Below are positions 1 through 9,935 of a DNA stretch of 51,946 bases, in pieces. Position 1 is the first letter of the stretch; the number at the start of each line of letters is the position of its first letter. The position numbers were made by a program, and so were the translations under genes. Below the pieces are notes generated by a model, which was not told the origin of the DNA, made no database searches, and worked only from the letters and a program-made list of their open reading frames with translations. Source of the DNA: Usitatibacter sp. (GTDB taxonomy: Bacteria > Pseudomonadota > Gammaproteobacteria > Burkholderiales > Usitatibacteraceae); NCBI GenBank assembly GCA_035516915.1, contig DATIZV010000139.1, positions 1 to 51,946 on the forward strand. The letters run 5' to 3'.

Positions 1-137
1 TAAGCCGGGACGGCGCGCAATTCGGATGTTGGCGTTACACTGACGACAGCCAGCCCGAGGCTTGAACTTCGACCTGCGCCGGAGGTCTCGTCTTGCACGC
101 CAGTGCCGGCCCCTTCTTGCGTCGGAGCCATTCCCCC

Positions 138-2846
138 ATGCCCCTTTCCTTGCTGAAAGCTTTCGTGTGCACGGCACTGCTCGCGCTCGGCGTTCCCGCC
201 GCAGCGCGCGCCGCGCCTTCCTCGCAACCGCCCGCGCCGTCGGCCGCATCGGCCGGGGACGTGGTGCGCGCGACGCTCGCGAACGGGCTGCGCATCGTGA
301 TCGTGCGCGACACGCTCGCGCCCGTGGTGAGCACGCAGCTCACCTATCTCGCCGGCGGCTACGAGACGCAGCCCGGCTTTCCCGGCACCGCGCACGCGCT
401 CGAGCACATGATGTTCCGCGGCAGCCGCGGCCTCAGCGGCGCGCAGCTCAACGAGCTCACCGGCAAGCTGGGCGGCGACAACAACGCGTTCACGACCAAC
501 GACGCGACGCAGTTCACCTTCTCCGCGCCCGCGGCCTACCTCGACGTGCTGCTGCGCATCGAGGCCGACCGCATGCGCGGCGCGCTCCTCGACGAGAAGG
601 GCTGGGACCTCGAGAAGGGCGCGATCGAGCAGGAAGTCTCGCGCGACATCTCCGATCCGGGCTTCGTCGCCTTCGAGCAGGCCGAGGGGATCCTCTACGC
701 CGGCACCGGCTACGCCGAGGACCCGCTCGGCACGCGCCCGTCCTTCGACCGGACGACCGCGAAGACGCTGCGCGATTTCTACGACGCGTGGTACCAGCCC
801 AACAACGCGATCTTCGTGATCGTGGGCGACGTCGATCCGCAAGCGACGCTCACCCGCCTGCGCTCGCTCTTCGCGCCGATCCCGTCGCGGCCCACTCCGG
901 AGCGCGCCCCGGTCGTGCTGCGCGCCTTCCATCCCCGGATGATCGCGCGCACGACGCCTTCGGCGGCCGGCTCCGTGCAGTTCCTCTACCGGGTGCCCGG
1001 GATGATGTCGAAAGACTACGCCGCCGCCGAGGTGCTGATGGACGTGCTCAACAACCCGCGCAGCGCGCTCGAGGAGCTCGCGGCCGAGGGCAAGGTCCTG
1101 AGCGCCGACGCGCAGGCGCAGCCGTTCAGCCGCGGCGGCATCGGCGTGGTCGAGGCGACCTTCGCGAAGTCGGCGAGCCCCGACGAGGCGCGCGCGCACC
1201 TCGACCGCGTGATGGACGCGCTGCTCCACGACGGCGTCCCGGCCGAGCTCGTCGAGGCGGCCAAGCGCGCGGAGGCGGCGCAATTCGAGTTCAACAAGAA
1301 CAGCGCGGCGACGCTCGCCACGGAATGGTCCGACGCCCTCGCATGGCAGGGCCTCGACTCGCCGCAGGCCGCCGAGGACCGCATCCAGGCCGTCACCAAG
1401 GCCGACGTCGACCGCGTCGCGCGCGAATGGCTGCGCAAGGACGCTCGCGTGACGATCGTGCTCACGCCGAGCGCGAACGGCAAGCGCCCGCCGTCGAGCA
1501 CCGGCTTCGGCGGCACGGAATCGTTCGCCGGAGAGGAGAGCCTCACCGTGCCCCTGCCCGCGTGGGCGAACCAGGCGCTCGCGAAGCTCGAGGTTCCGCA
1601 CTGGACGCTCGCGCCGACCCGCATGGTGCTTCCCAACGGCATCACGCTCATCGTGCAGCCGGAGTCCGTGAGCCGCACCGTCACGGTGGTCGGGCACATC
1701 GACCATGACGCGGGGCTGCAGGAACCGCCGGGCCAGGAAGGCGTCGGCCGCGTGCTCGGCTCGCTCTTCGATTACGGCACCCGGACGCTCGATCGCGCCG
1801 CCTTCCACAAGGCGCTCGACGCGATCGCGGCGAGCGAGTCGGGCGGCGACGATTTCATGCTCGCCGTCCCGAGCGCCGGCTTCGATCGCGGCATGGAGCT
1901 CCTCGCCGACAACGAGCTAAGGCCGGCGCTTCCCGAGGCGGCATTCCGGATCCAGCAGCAGTCCGCCGCCCGGCTCCTGGAGGGCGAGCTGCAATCGCCG
2001 CGCTACAAGATGCTGCGCGCGCTCAAGCACGGCCTGCTTCCCGCGGGCGACTCGTCGTTGCGCGAGGCGACGCCTGCGAGCGTCGGCAAGCTGCACCTCG
2101 CCGACGTGAAGCGCTACTTCGCGGCCACCTACCGCCCGGACCTCGCCACGATCGTGGTGGTCGGCGACGTGACGCCCGGCGCGGCGCGCGCGGCCGTCGA
2201 GAAATACTTCGGCGACTGGAAGGCGAGCGGCCCGAAGCCCGACGTCGTCCCGCCCCGCGTGCCGCTCAACCCGCCAGGGTATGCGGTGATCCCGAATCCC
2301 TACGCGTCGCAGGATACGGTCCTCATGGGCCAGGTGCTCGACATCGACCTGCACGACCCCGACCGCTACGCGCTGCAGCTCGGCAACGACGTGCTGGGCG
2401 GCAACGGCTTCGCCTCACGGCTGATGCAGGACGTGCGCGTGGGCCACGGTTACGCATACGGCGCGGCCTCCGGCGTGCAGTTGCATCGCACGCGCTCGGT
2501 GTTCTACGTCGAATACGGGAGCGACCCGGACAAGGTCGCCCCGGTGGACGCGCTGGTGCACGCGGACGTCGCGGCGATGCAGAAGTCGCCGGTGAAGGAC
2601 GCGGAGCTCCTCAACGCGCGGCAGTACGAGATCCGCTCCATCCCGCTCGAGGTCGCGAGCGTCGACCAGATCGCGAACGGCCTGCTCGCCTGGAGCTACC
2701 ACGGCGAGCCGCTCGACCAGCCGATGGTCGCGGCGCGCCATTACCTGCGCCTCACCGCCGCCGACATCCAGGACGCGTTCGGCAAGCACATCCGGCCCGA
2801 CCGCTACGTGCAGGTGGTCGAGGGACCGAGGCCGGCGAAGCACTGA
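138..2846 (+). CDS. M16 family (pitrilysin/PqqL-like) zinc peptidase, secreted, two-module single chain
   Basis: Signal peptide (MPLSLLKAFVCTALLALG...AARA). Inverted zinc motif HALEH, LxNGL starts of both modules, YQPNNA and YRPDLA motifs, SRLMQDVR..GYAY. ATG at 138 preceded by GGAG. Confidence 0.92.
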   Translation: MPLSLLKAFVCTALLALGVPAAARAAPSSQPPAPSAASAGDVVRATLANGLRIVIVRDTLAPVVSTQLTYLAGGYETQPGFPGTAHALEHMMFRGSRGLSGAQLNELTGKLGGDNNAFTTNDATQFTFSAPAAYLDVLLRIEADRMRGALLDEKGWDLEKGAIEQEVSRDISDPGFVAFEQAEGILYAGTGYAEDPLGTRPSFDRTTAKTLRDFYDAWYQPNNAIFVIVGDVDPQATLTRLRSLFAPIPSRPTPERAPVVLRAFHPRMIARTTPSAAGSVQFLYRVPGMMSKDYAAAEVLMDVLNNPRSALEELAAEGKVLSADAQAQPFSRGGIGVVEATFAKSASPDEARAHLDRVMDALLHDGVPAELVEAAKRAEAAQFEFNKNSAATLATEWSDALAWQGLDSPQAAEDRIQAVTKADVDRVAREWLRKDARVTIVLTPSANGKRPPSSTGFGGTESFAGEESLTVPLPAWANQALAKLEVPHWTLAPTRMVLPNGITLIVQPESVSRTVTVVGHIDHDAGLQEPPGQEGVGRVLGSLFDYGTRTLDRAAFHKALDAIAASESGGDDFMLAVPSAGFDRGMELLADNELRPALPEAAFRIQQQSAARLLEGELQSPRYKMLRALKHGLLPAGDSSLREATPASVGKLHLADVKRYFAATYRPDLATIVVVGDVTPGAARAAVEKYFGDWKASGPKPDVVPPRVPLNPPGYAVIPNPYASQDTVLMGQVLDIDLHDPDRYALQLGNDVLGGNGFASRLMQDVRVGHGYAYGAASGVQLHRTRSVFYVEYGSDPDKVAPVDALVHADVAAMQKSPVKDAELLNARQYEIRSIPLEVASVDQIANGLLAWSYHGEPLDQPMVAARHYLRLTAADIQDAFGKHIRPDRYVQVVEGPRPAKH

Positions 2847-2860
2847 GCCGCGCCGCGACC

Positions 2861-3238
2861 CTAGACGCCGAGCTCCTTGAAGACTTCCTTCGCGAGGCGT
2901 GCGCCCTCCACCGCCGCCGGCACGCCGCAGTAGATCATGCATTGCACGATCACCTCGAGGATGTCGTCCTTGGTGAGCCCGTTGGTGAGCGCCCCGCGCA
3001 CGTGCGTCTTGAACTCGTTCGCGCGGTTCAGCGCGATGAGAATCGCGAGGTTCAGCAGGCTGCGCTGCTTGCGGTCGAGGCCCGGGCGCGTCCACGCCGC
3101 GCCCCAGCAGTACTCGGTGACGAGGTCCTGCATGGTCTTCGTGAACGTGTCGGTCGCCGCGATCTGCGGATCGACGTAGGCGGCCCCGAGGACTTCCCGC
3201 CGCACCTGCAGACCCTTCTCGTAAAGCGCCCTGTCCAT
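2861..3238 (-). CDS. Carboxymuconolactone decarboxylase (CMD/PcaC-like) family protein
   Basis: GLQVRREVLG, YCWGAAWTRPGLDRKQRSL, HVRGALTNG, YCGVPA; GAGGAG RBS upstream. Confidence 0.88.
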   Translation of the reverse strand: MDRALYEKGLQVRREVLGAAYVDPQIAATDTFTKTMQDLVTEYCWGAAWTRPGLDRKQRSLLNLAILIALNRANEFKTHVRGALTNGLTKDDILEVIVQCMIYCGVPAAVEGARLAKEVFKELGV

Positions 3239-3314
3239 GCCGCTCTCCTCAAGAGGGGCCGAGGCGCCCCGATTCGCGCGACTCTATCACCGCGGCGCGA
3301 AGCGCGTGGCGCGC

Positions 3315-4052
3315 TCAGCCGATGAGCCGCAGCGCGACGAACGAGAACGCGGTCCCGAGGACGGTGAGAGCGATGAGCGCGAGCGCCTCGCCGGAGCGCG
3401 CGCCCGAATGCGCCTCGGGCAGCACGTCGGAGGCCGCGATGTAGAGCAGGAACCCGGCGAAGAACCCGAGGTAGAGCATCAGGAAACCTCGCGACAGATG
3501 GAGCAACGCCGTCGAGGCGGCGCCCGCCACGGGCGCCACGGCGTCGAGGATCAGCATCGCGCGCGAACGCCGGCGCGTGTTGCCGTGCAGGAGCATCAGG
3601 CTCACCGTGTTCATGCCGTCGCCGAAGTCGTGCGCGATCACGGCGAGCGCGACCGCGATGCCGGCCGAGGCGGAGACCTGGAAGCCGAGCCCGATGCCCA
3701 CGCCGTCCATGAAGCTGTGGCCGATCAGCGCGAGCGCCGACATCACGCCCACCTCGGGATGGCGATGCCGCGCATAGTCCTCCTCGTGGCCGCCGTGGAT
3801 GAGGACGAACTTCTCGAGGACGTGGAACACGAGGAAGCCCGCCACCAGCGCCGCCATCGCATGGCGCGCCTCGAGGCCCTCGTCCTTCGCGATGCGGAAG
3901 ATCTCCGGCAGGAGGTCGAAGCCCACCACGCCGAGCAGCACGCCCGCGGTGAATCCCAGGATGTAGCGGATCCTTCCCTGGAAGCGCAGGGCGAAGAACC
4001 CTCCGCCGAGCGTGGAAAGGAAAGTGCCGCATGCGAGGGCGATCGCGATCAT
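3315..4052 (-). CDS. ZIP (ZupT-like) divalent metal transporter
   Basis: Multiple hydrophobic segments. GFTAGVLLG..DLLPE, His-rich loop HGGHEEDYARHRH, HSFMDG and HDFGDG metal sites, DVLPEAH. Confidence 0.88.
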   Translation of the reverse strand: MIAIALACGTFLSTLGGGFFALRFQGRIRYILGFTAGVLLGVVGFDLLPEIFRIAKDEGLEARHAMAALVAGFLVFHVLEKFVLIHGGHEEDYARHRHPEVGVMSALALIGHSFMDGVGIGLGFQVSASAGIAVALAVIAHDFGDGMNTVSLMLLHGNTRRRSRAMLILDAVAPVAGAASTALLHLSRGFLMLYLGFFAGFLLYIAASDVLPEAHSGARSGEALALIALTVLGTAFSFVALRLIG

Positions 4053-4136
4053 GGGATTGGCGCGAGTGTAGCCCAGCGCCCGCGAATCGATCACCCGGGG
4101 GAGCTCCGGCGCCCCGCTCGCCGCCTCCCCGCGCGC

Positions 4137-4703
4137 TCAGGCGCCGACCAGCTCGCCCACCAGCGCGAATGACGCCGCCCACGGGCCGAAGCCCGAAGCG
4201 GGATTCAGGTGGCCGACCTCGCCCGCATCGAAGAGGCGGCTGCCCCAATCGCGCGCGAGCTGCGCCACCTTCTCCACGCGGGCGAGCGGATCGTTGCGGC
4301 TCGCGGCCACGATGCTCGGAAACGGAAGCGGCGCGCGCGGCGTGGGAAGCCAGCCCGCCGCGCGCAGCGTCTCCGGATCCGGATAGCCTTCGGGAAGCGC
4401 CGAATCGAAGTCCGGCGGCGTCGCGAGCAGCGCCCCGCGGATCGGCCGCGAATGGCGCCCGGCCCAATGCGCCACCATCATCACGCCGGCGCTGTGCGCG
4501 ACGAGCACGATGGGGCCTTCGATGGCGGCGATCGACCGGTCGAGCGCGCTCACCCACGCCTCGCACGAGAGGACGTTCGATCCGAGCCGCGGCACGCACT
4601 CGGCGGCCGGAAGCTGGGCCTGCAGCACGCTCTGCCAATGCCCGGGAACATGGTCGCGCAGCCCGGGCACGAAGAGCACGGTGGCGCGCGAATGGCCGCT
4701 CAT
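4137..4703 (-). CDS. RBBP9/YdeN family alpha/beta hydrolase
   Basis: VLFVPGL..HWQ, nucleophile VAHSAG, SRNDP (Asp), GHLN (His). ATG overlaps the CoA ligase stop (ATGA). Confidence 0.88.
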   Translation of the reverse strand: MSGHSRATVLFVPGLRDHVPGHWQSVLQAQLPAAECVPRLGSNVLSCEAWVSALDRSIAAIEGPIVLVAHSAGVMMVAHWAGRHSRPIRGALLATPPDFDSALPEGYPDPETLRAAGWLPTPRAPLPFPSIVAASRNDPLARVEKVAQLARDWGSRLFDAGEVGHLNPASGFGPWAASFALVGELVGA

Positions 4704-6361
4704 GCCGGCGCGCTCTCCCGCATGAGGCTCGCGCGGATCGCCTTCTTGTCGAGCTTGCCGACGCTCGTCTTCGGGATCGCCTCGACGAATTGCACGCGAT
4801 CGGGCACGGCGTAGCGCGAGATCGTGCCGCTCTCGGCGAAACGCGCGAGGTGCTCGCGAACGTCGCGTTCCGTCGGCTTCGGCGCGGCGCCCGCCTTCGC
4901 GACGACGAGCGCCACCGGACGCTCGCCCCAGCGCGCGTCGGGCAGCCCCACGACCGCGGCCTCCGCGATGCCGGGAAGCCGCAGGATGAGGTCCTCGATG
5001 TCGAGCGACGAGACCCACTCGCCGCCGCTCTTCACCACGTCCTTGATGCGGTCGGTGATCTTGAGGTAGCCCTCGGCATCGAGGAGGCCCACGTCGCCGG
5101 TGTGCAGCCACCCGCCGCGCCAGAGATCCGCGGAGCGCCCGGGATCGTGCAGGTAGCCCTGCGTGAGCCACGGCGCGCGCACCACCACCTCGCCCGGCGT
5201 CGATCCGTCGCGCGGCACGTCGCGCATCTGCTCGTCGACGACCCGCAGCTGCACGAACGGGATCGGCCTGCCCGCACGGCAGCGGTACGGGAGGCGCTTG
5301 TCGAGGGCGCGGCGCAGCATGTGCGGGCGCAGGTGCGCGAGGGTGAGGATCGGCCCGGTCTCCGACATGCCGTAGCCCGCGATCACGTCGATGCCGCGCT
5401 CCACCGCGGCCTGGGCGAGCGCGAGCGGCAGCGCGGAGCCGCCGATGATCACCTTCCATCCGCCGAGGCCCGCGCCGGCGACCTCGCACCGGTCGAGCAG
5501 CATCTTGAGGATGGTCGGCACGCAGTGCGAGAACGTGACGCCCTCGGAATCGATGAGCCGAAGGAGCGCATCCGGATCGTAGCGGCCCGGATAGACCTGC
5601 TTCACGCCGAGCATCGTCGCGACGTAGGGAAGGCCCCAGGCGTGGACGTGGAACATCGGCGTGATCGGCATGTAGACGTCGCCGGCGCCGAACGTCGCAT
5701 GCGGTGCGTTCGCGAGCGCGTGCGCCGCGGCGAGCGCGTGCAGCACGAGCTGGCGATGGCTGTAGTACACACCCTTCGGATCGCCGGTGGTGCCCGTGGT
5801 GTAGAAGGTGGTCGCGCGCGTGTCCTCCTCGAGCGCCGGGAAATCGTACTCGGCAGAGGCGCCCGCGAGCATCGACTCGTACTCGGCGGCGAACGCGACG
5901 GGTCCCTCGACCGCTCCGCCCGCATCGTCGACCAGGACCCAGCGCGCCGCGGGCGGGAGCTTCCCGCGGATCGCCTCGAGGAGCGGCAGGAATTCGCGAT
6001 TCACGAGGATCACCTCGTCCGCCGCGTGATTCAGCGTGTAGGCCACCTGCTCCGGCGACATGCGCACGTTCACCGTGTGCAGCACGGCCCCCATCATGGG
6101 CACGGCGAAGAACGCCTCCAGGTACCGATGGCTGTCCCAGTCCATGACCGCGACGGTCGAGCCGGGACGCACGCCGAGCGATGCGAGCGCCGAGGCGAGG
6201 CGCGCCACGCGCTCGGCGAGCGCGAGGTAGGTGTACCGTGCGCCGCCCGCGTACACGATGTCCTGCCCCGGAGCCGACGCGACGCCCTGCTCGAGGAGGC
6301 TCGCGATGGAAAGGGGCGGATCGACGGCGAGCGCGGTGCGCGGGATCCCGAGCAGGTTCAT
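4700..6361 (-). CDS. Fatty acid/acyl-CoA ligase (AlkK/DmdB-like AMP-binding enzyme)
   Basis: FYTTGTTGDPKGV, PMFHVHAWG, GYGMSET, WLHTGD, PKTSVGKLDKK; AGGAG RBS. Confidence 0.92.
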   Translation of the reverse strand: MNLLGIPRTALAVDPPLSIASLLEQGVASAPGQDIVYAGGARYTYLALAERVARLASALASLGVRPGSTVAVMDWDSHRYLEAFFAVPMMGAVLHTVNVRMSPEQVAYTLNHAADEVILVNREFLPLLEAIRGKLPPAARWVLVDDAGGAVEGPVAFAAEYESMLAGASAEYDFPALEEDTRATTFYTTGTTGDPKGVYYSHRQLVLHALAAAHALANAPHATFGAGDVYMPITPMFHVHAWGLPYVATMLGVKQVYPGRYDPDALLRLIDSEGVTFSHCVPTILKMLLDRCEVAGAGLGGWKVIIGGSALPLALAQAAVERGIDVIAGYGMSETGPILTLAHLRPHMLRRALDKRLPYRCRAGRPIPFVQLRVVDEQMRDVPRDGSTPGEVVVRAPWLTQGYLHDPGRSADLWRGGWLHTGDVGLLDAEGYLKITDRIKDVVKSGGEWVSSLDIEDLILRLPGIAEAAVVGLPDARWGERPVALVVAKAGAAPKPTERDVREHLARFAESGTISRYAVPDRVQFVEAIPKTSVGKLDKKAIRASLMRESAPA

Positions 6362-6401
6362 GCGATTCTCCTGGCGCGCGCCGCGAATGGGTTTCGATCG
6401 T

Positions 6402-8819
6402 TCAGGTGCGCGCGCGCCGGCGCACCACGACCGTCGTGGGAAGCAGGAAATGGGAGAGCGCCGGCACCAGCACCAGCGCGCCCAGCATGTTCCAGACGAA
6501 CATGAACGTGAGGAGCACGCCCATGTCGGCCTGGAACTTGATCGGCGAGAAGGCCCACGTCACCACGCCCGCCGCGAGCGTCACGCCGACCAGCGCGACC
6601 ACCTTGCCCGTGAAGCGCATCGCCTCGCGCGAAGCTTCCGCGAGGGGAACGCCGGTGCGCTGGCGTGCGAGCTGGACGGAGAGCAGGTAAAGCGCGTAAT
6701 CGACGCCGATGCCGACCCCCAGCGCCACCACCGGAAGCGTCGCCACCTTGACGCCGATGCCGAGCCTCACCATCAGCGCCTCGCAAAGGATCGAGGTGAG
6801 GGCGAGCGGCAACAGCGCGACGAGGACCGCACGCCAGCTGCGGAAGGTCGCGAAGCAGAGCAGCGCCACCGCGGCGTACACCCACGCGAGCATCACGCGC
6901 TCGGCGCGCGCGACCACGTCGTTGGTCGCCGCCTCGATGCCCGCGTTGCCCGCGGCGAGGAGGAAGCGCCGCTCCGGATCGTCGTGGCGCGCCGCGAACT
7001 CCTGCGCCGCGGCCGCGACGCGCTCGAGCGTCTGCGCACGGTGATCGGCGAGATACGCGATCACCGGCATCACCGAGCACGCCGTGTTGAAGAGGTCGGG
7101 ATTGTTCACCGAAGCCTGCTGTGCGGCGTAGTTGAGGACGTCCTGGTTGCGGCTCAACGTGAGCCACTTGGGGTTGCCCTCGAACGATCCGGCGGTGATC
7201 TGGCGCACGGCATCCGGCAGCGCGACGGTCGCCTGCACGCCGGGGACCTGGCGCAGGCGCCACGCGAGGCGGTCGGCCTCGACCAGCGTCCGGTACGCGA
7301 GGCAGCCCTCGGCCGGCGTCTTCACGATCACCGCGAACTGGTCGCTCGAGAGCGCGTAATGCGCGGTGACGTACGCGTTGTCGCGGTTGTAGCGCGAATC
7401 GGCGCGCAGCTCCGGCGCACCCGCGTCGAGATCGCCGATCTCCAGGTGGCGCGCGACGGCGAGGCCGCCCGCCGCGAGCAGCGCCGCCCCGCAGAGCGCG
7501 CCGAGCGCCCAGGGACGCGTCGTGAAGCGTTCGAGCGCGGAAGCGAGGAAGCCCGCCTTGCGCTCCGCGCGAAGGCTGCGCGCGGCGGCCGCGGCGCTCA
7601 CGCCGGTGTACGACAGCAGCACCGGGAGCAGCAGCAGGTTCGTGAAGACGAGCGCCGCGACCCCGAGGCTCGCGGTGAGCGCGAGCTCCCGGATCACGGG
7701 GATGTCGATGGCGGTGAGCACCGCGAAGCCGACCGCGTCGGCGAGGAGCGCCGCGAGGCCGGCGAGGAACAGGCGCCGGAACGTGTAGCGCGCGGCGACC
7801 AGGCGGTGCGTGCCGCGGCCGATGTCCTGCATGATGCCGTTCATCTTCTGCGCGCCGTGCGAGACGCCGATCGCGAACACCAGGAACGGCACGAGCACCG
7901 AGTACGGATCGAGCTCGTAGCCGAGCAGCGCCACGAGCCCCAGCTCCCACGCCACGGCGACCATCGAGCAGGCGATGACGAGCGCGGTGCTGCGCGCGCA
8001 GCGGGTGTAGGCGTACAGGATCGCGGCGGCGATCGCGGCGGCGAAGCCGAAGAACGACAGCACCAGCGCGAGCCCGTCGATGAGCTCGCCGGCGATCTTC
8101 GCGAAGCCGACGATGCGCACGTGCACGCGCGGCGCGGAGGACCGCCCCTCGATCGGCGCACGGATGCGCTCCTCCAGCGTGCGCGAGAGCGCCCGATAGT
8201 CGATCGGTCTTCCGCTCGCCGGATCGCGGTCGAGCAGCGGCACGAAGATCATGCTCGAACGGAAGTCCGCGCCCACCAGGCTGCCGACGATTCCCGCGCG
8301 GGCGATGTCGCGGCGCAGCTCCTCTACCGAGCGCGCGGAGCCGTCGTAGGAGTCGGGCATCACCGGGCCGCCCCGGAAGCCTTCCTCGGTCACCTCGGTC
8401 CAGCGCACGCCCGGCGCCCACAGCGACTTCACCCACGCGCGGTCGACGCCGGGCGTGGCGAGCACCTCGTCGTTCACGCGGCGCAGGCGCTCGAGATAGC
8501 GCGGATCGAAGATGTTCCCGTCCTCGTTCTCCACCACGATGCGCAGCGAGTTGCCGAGCCCGCGCAGCTCGTTGCGATACTCGAAGTAGTTGCGGACGTA
8601 GGGATGGTCCTGCGGGATCATCTTCTCGAAGCTCGCGTTGAGCGCGAGCCGCGTCGCCGCGAGCCAGCCGAGCGCTACCGTGGCGAGCGCGCAGAGCGCG
8701 ACCACGGCGAGCCGGTGGTTGAACACCAGGCGCTCGAGAAGGTTGCCGCCGCCGCGATCGAATTCGGCGAGCTCGCGGACGACGGGCATCGCCTCGAGCG
8801 GGAGGGCGCTCTCGTGCAC
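6402..8819 (-). CDS. RND/MMPL family transporter (DUF1302/DUF1329-associated type)
   Basis: Two repeats of TM + periplasmic loop + 5 TM; AIGVSHGAQK and GIGVDYALY. GTG start 8 nt after the YCF48 stop; the longer ORF extension is GC-rich noise. Confidence 0.88.
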   Translation of the reverse strand: MHESALPLEAMPVVRELAEFDRGGGNLLERLVFNHRLAVVALCALATVALGWLAATRLALNASFEKMIPQDHPYVRNYFEYRNELRGLGNSLRIVVENEDGNIFDPRYLERLRRVNDEVLATPGVDRAWVKSLWAPGVRWTEVTEEGFRGGPVMPDSYDGSARSVEELRRDIARAGIVGSLVGADFRSSMIFVPLLDRDPASGRPIDYRALSRTLEERIRAPIEGRSSAPRVHVRIVGFAKIAGELIDGLALVLSFFGFAAAIAAAILYAYTRCARSTALVIACSMVAVAWELGLVALLGYELDPYSVLVPFLVFAIGVSHGAQKMNGIMQDIGRGTHRLVAARYTFRRLFLAGLAALLADAVGFAVLTAIDIPVIRELALTASLGVAALVFTNLLLLPVLLSYTGVSAAAAARSLRAERKAGFLASALERFTTRPWALGALCGAALLAAGGLAVARHLEIGDLDAGAPELRADSRYNRDNAYVTAHYALSSDQFAVIVKTPAEGCLAYRTLVEADRLAWRLRQVPGVQATVALPDAVRQITAGSFEGNPKWLTLSRNQDVLNYAAQQASVNNPDLFNTACSVMPVIAYLADHRAQTLERVAAAAQEFAARHDDPERRFLLAAGNAGIEAATNDVVARAERVMLAWVYAAVALLCFATFRSWRAVLVALLPLALTSILCEALMVRLGIGVKVATLPVVALGVGIGVDYALYLLSVQLARQRTGVPLAEASREAMRFTGKVVALVGVTLAAGVVTWAFSPIKFQADMGVLLTFMFVWNMLGALVLVPALSHFLLPTTVVVRRRART

Positions 8820-8827
8820 GTCGGTTC

Positions 8828-9889
8828 CTAGCGCGCCACGCGGGCCGCGGTCGCCCCGCGCGGCCCGACGACGAGGAGAAGGCCGTCGCCCGCCTCGGCG
8901 AGCCCCGCGACCGGCGCGCGCGGCTCGAGCGCGAGCGGCGCGAAGGTGCGGCCGCCGTCGGCGCTCGCGGCGGCGTTGCCCCCGGCATCGGCGAGGACGA
9001 TGCGCCCGTCGCGCAGGCGGGCGGCGGCGAACACCGATCCGGCGAGCCCCGCATCGACACGCTTCCAGGTCTTCGCATCGTCGCCCATCGCGTAGACGTT
9101 GCCGCGCAGGCCGTAGAAGAGCACCCTGTCGCCGGCGTCGACGATGCCGAAATAGCTGCCCGTGTAGGGCGTCGCCACGGCGCGGAAGCGATCGGCGGCA
9201 CGATCGAGCCTCAGCACGAGCCCCGCTTCGCCCGCGACGTAGAGCTCGCCCCCGGCGCGGCGGATCGCGTGCAGGTTGTAGCGCTTCGGGTTGTCCGCAC
9301 GCTCGAACCACGATTCCCAATGGGCGCCGCCGTCGACGGTGTGGAAGAGCAGGTTGTACGCGCCGACCGCGAATCCTTCGCGCGCGTCGGCGAACCAGAC
9401 GTCGAGGAACGGCTTGTCCGCGCCCTGCGCCTCGTAGAGGCGCGCTTCTTCCATGAGCTTGCGCGCCCGCTCGGGATCCGGCTCCTCGCCGGCCGCGCGC
9501 CGCGCATCCGCGAAAATGGCGTTTGCCGCCGCGAACCCGTCGAGCTGGAGCTTCCAGCTCGCGCCGCCGTCGTCGCTGTGGAGGATCACGCCGTCGTGGC
9601 CCACCGCCCATCCGTTCCGGTCGTCGGCGAAGCACACGGCGGTGAGATCCGAGCTCACCGGCACCTTCGACTGTCGCCACGTCGCGCCGTGGTCGTCGGA
9701 GACGAGCACGTGCCCGCGCTGCCCGACCGCGACGAGGCGTTCGCCGGCGCGCGCGACCGAAAGGAGCAGGGTGCGCGAGGCGAGCGCGGAGGCCTCCGCC
9801 GGCACCTGGAGCACGTCCCTGTAGGCGGCCGCGGCGGGCGCGAGGACGAGCGCGAGCGCCGCGAGGGCGCAACGTATCGTGATCTGCAT
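8828..9889 (-). CDS. YCF48/BNR (Asp-box) beta-propeller protein, secreted
   Basis: Signal peptide. Repeated SDDHGATW, SDDGGASW, TVDGGAHW and SADGGRTF Asp-boxes; AVGQRGHV, AVGHDGVI. Confidence 0.88.
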   Translation of the reverse strand: MQITIRCALAALALVLAPAAAAYRDVLQVPAEASALASRTLLLSVARAGERLVAVGQRGHVLVSDDHGATWRQSKVPVSSDLTAVCFADDRNGWAVGHDGVILHSDDGGASWKLQLDGFAAANAIFADARRAAGEEPDPERARKLMEEARLYEAQGADKPFLDVWFADAREGFAVGAYNLLFHTVDGGAHWESWFERADNPKRYNLHAIRRAGGELYVAGEAGLVLRLDRAADRFRAVATPYTGSYFGIVDAGDRVLFYGLRGNVYAMGDDAKTWKRVDAGLAGSVFAAARLRDGRIVLADAGGNAAASADGGRTFAPLALEPRAPVAGLAEAGDGLLLVVGPRGATAARVAR

Positions 9890-9899
9890 GACTCGGGCG

Positions 9900-9929
9900 G
9901 CGGCCGGCACCGTCGCGGGCGCCGGCCGC
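9900..9929 (-). other. Intercistronic stem-loop after DUF1329 (possible mRNA stabiliser or processing site)
   Basis: GCGGCCGGCGCC-6 nt-GGTGCCGGCCGC on the minus strand: 12 bp stem with one G-U pair, no U tail. Confidence 0.5.
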
Positions 9930-9935
9930 GGTCCC

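Noticed and set aside
6402-9872. 1156 aa RND ORF overlapping YCF48
   Set aside because: The first ~350 aa are shadow-frame sequence; RND-like sequence begins at GTG 8819.
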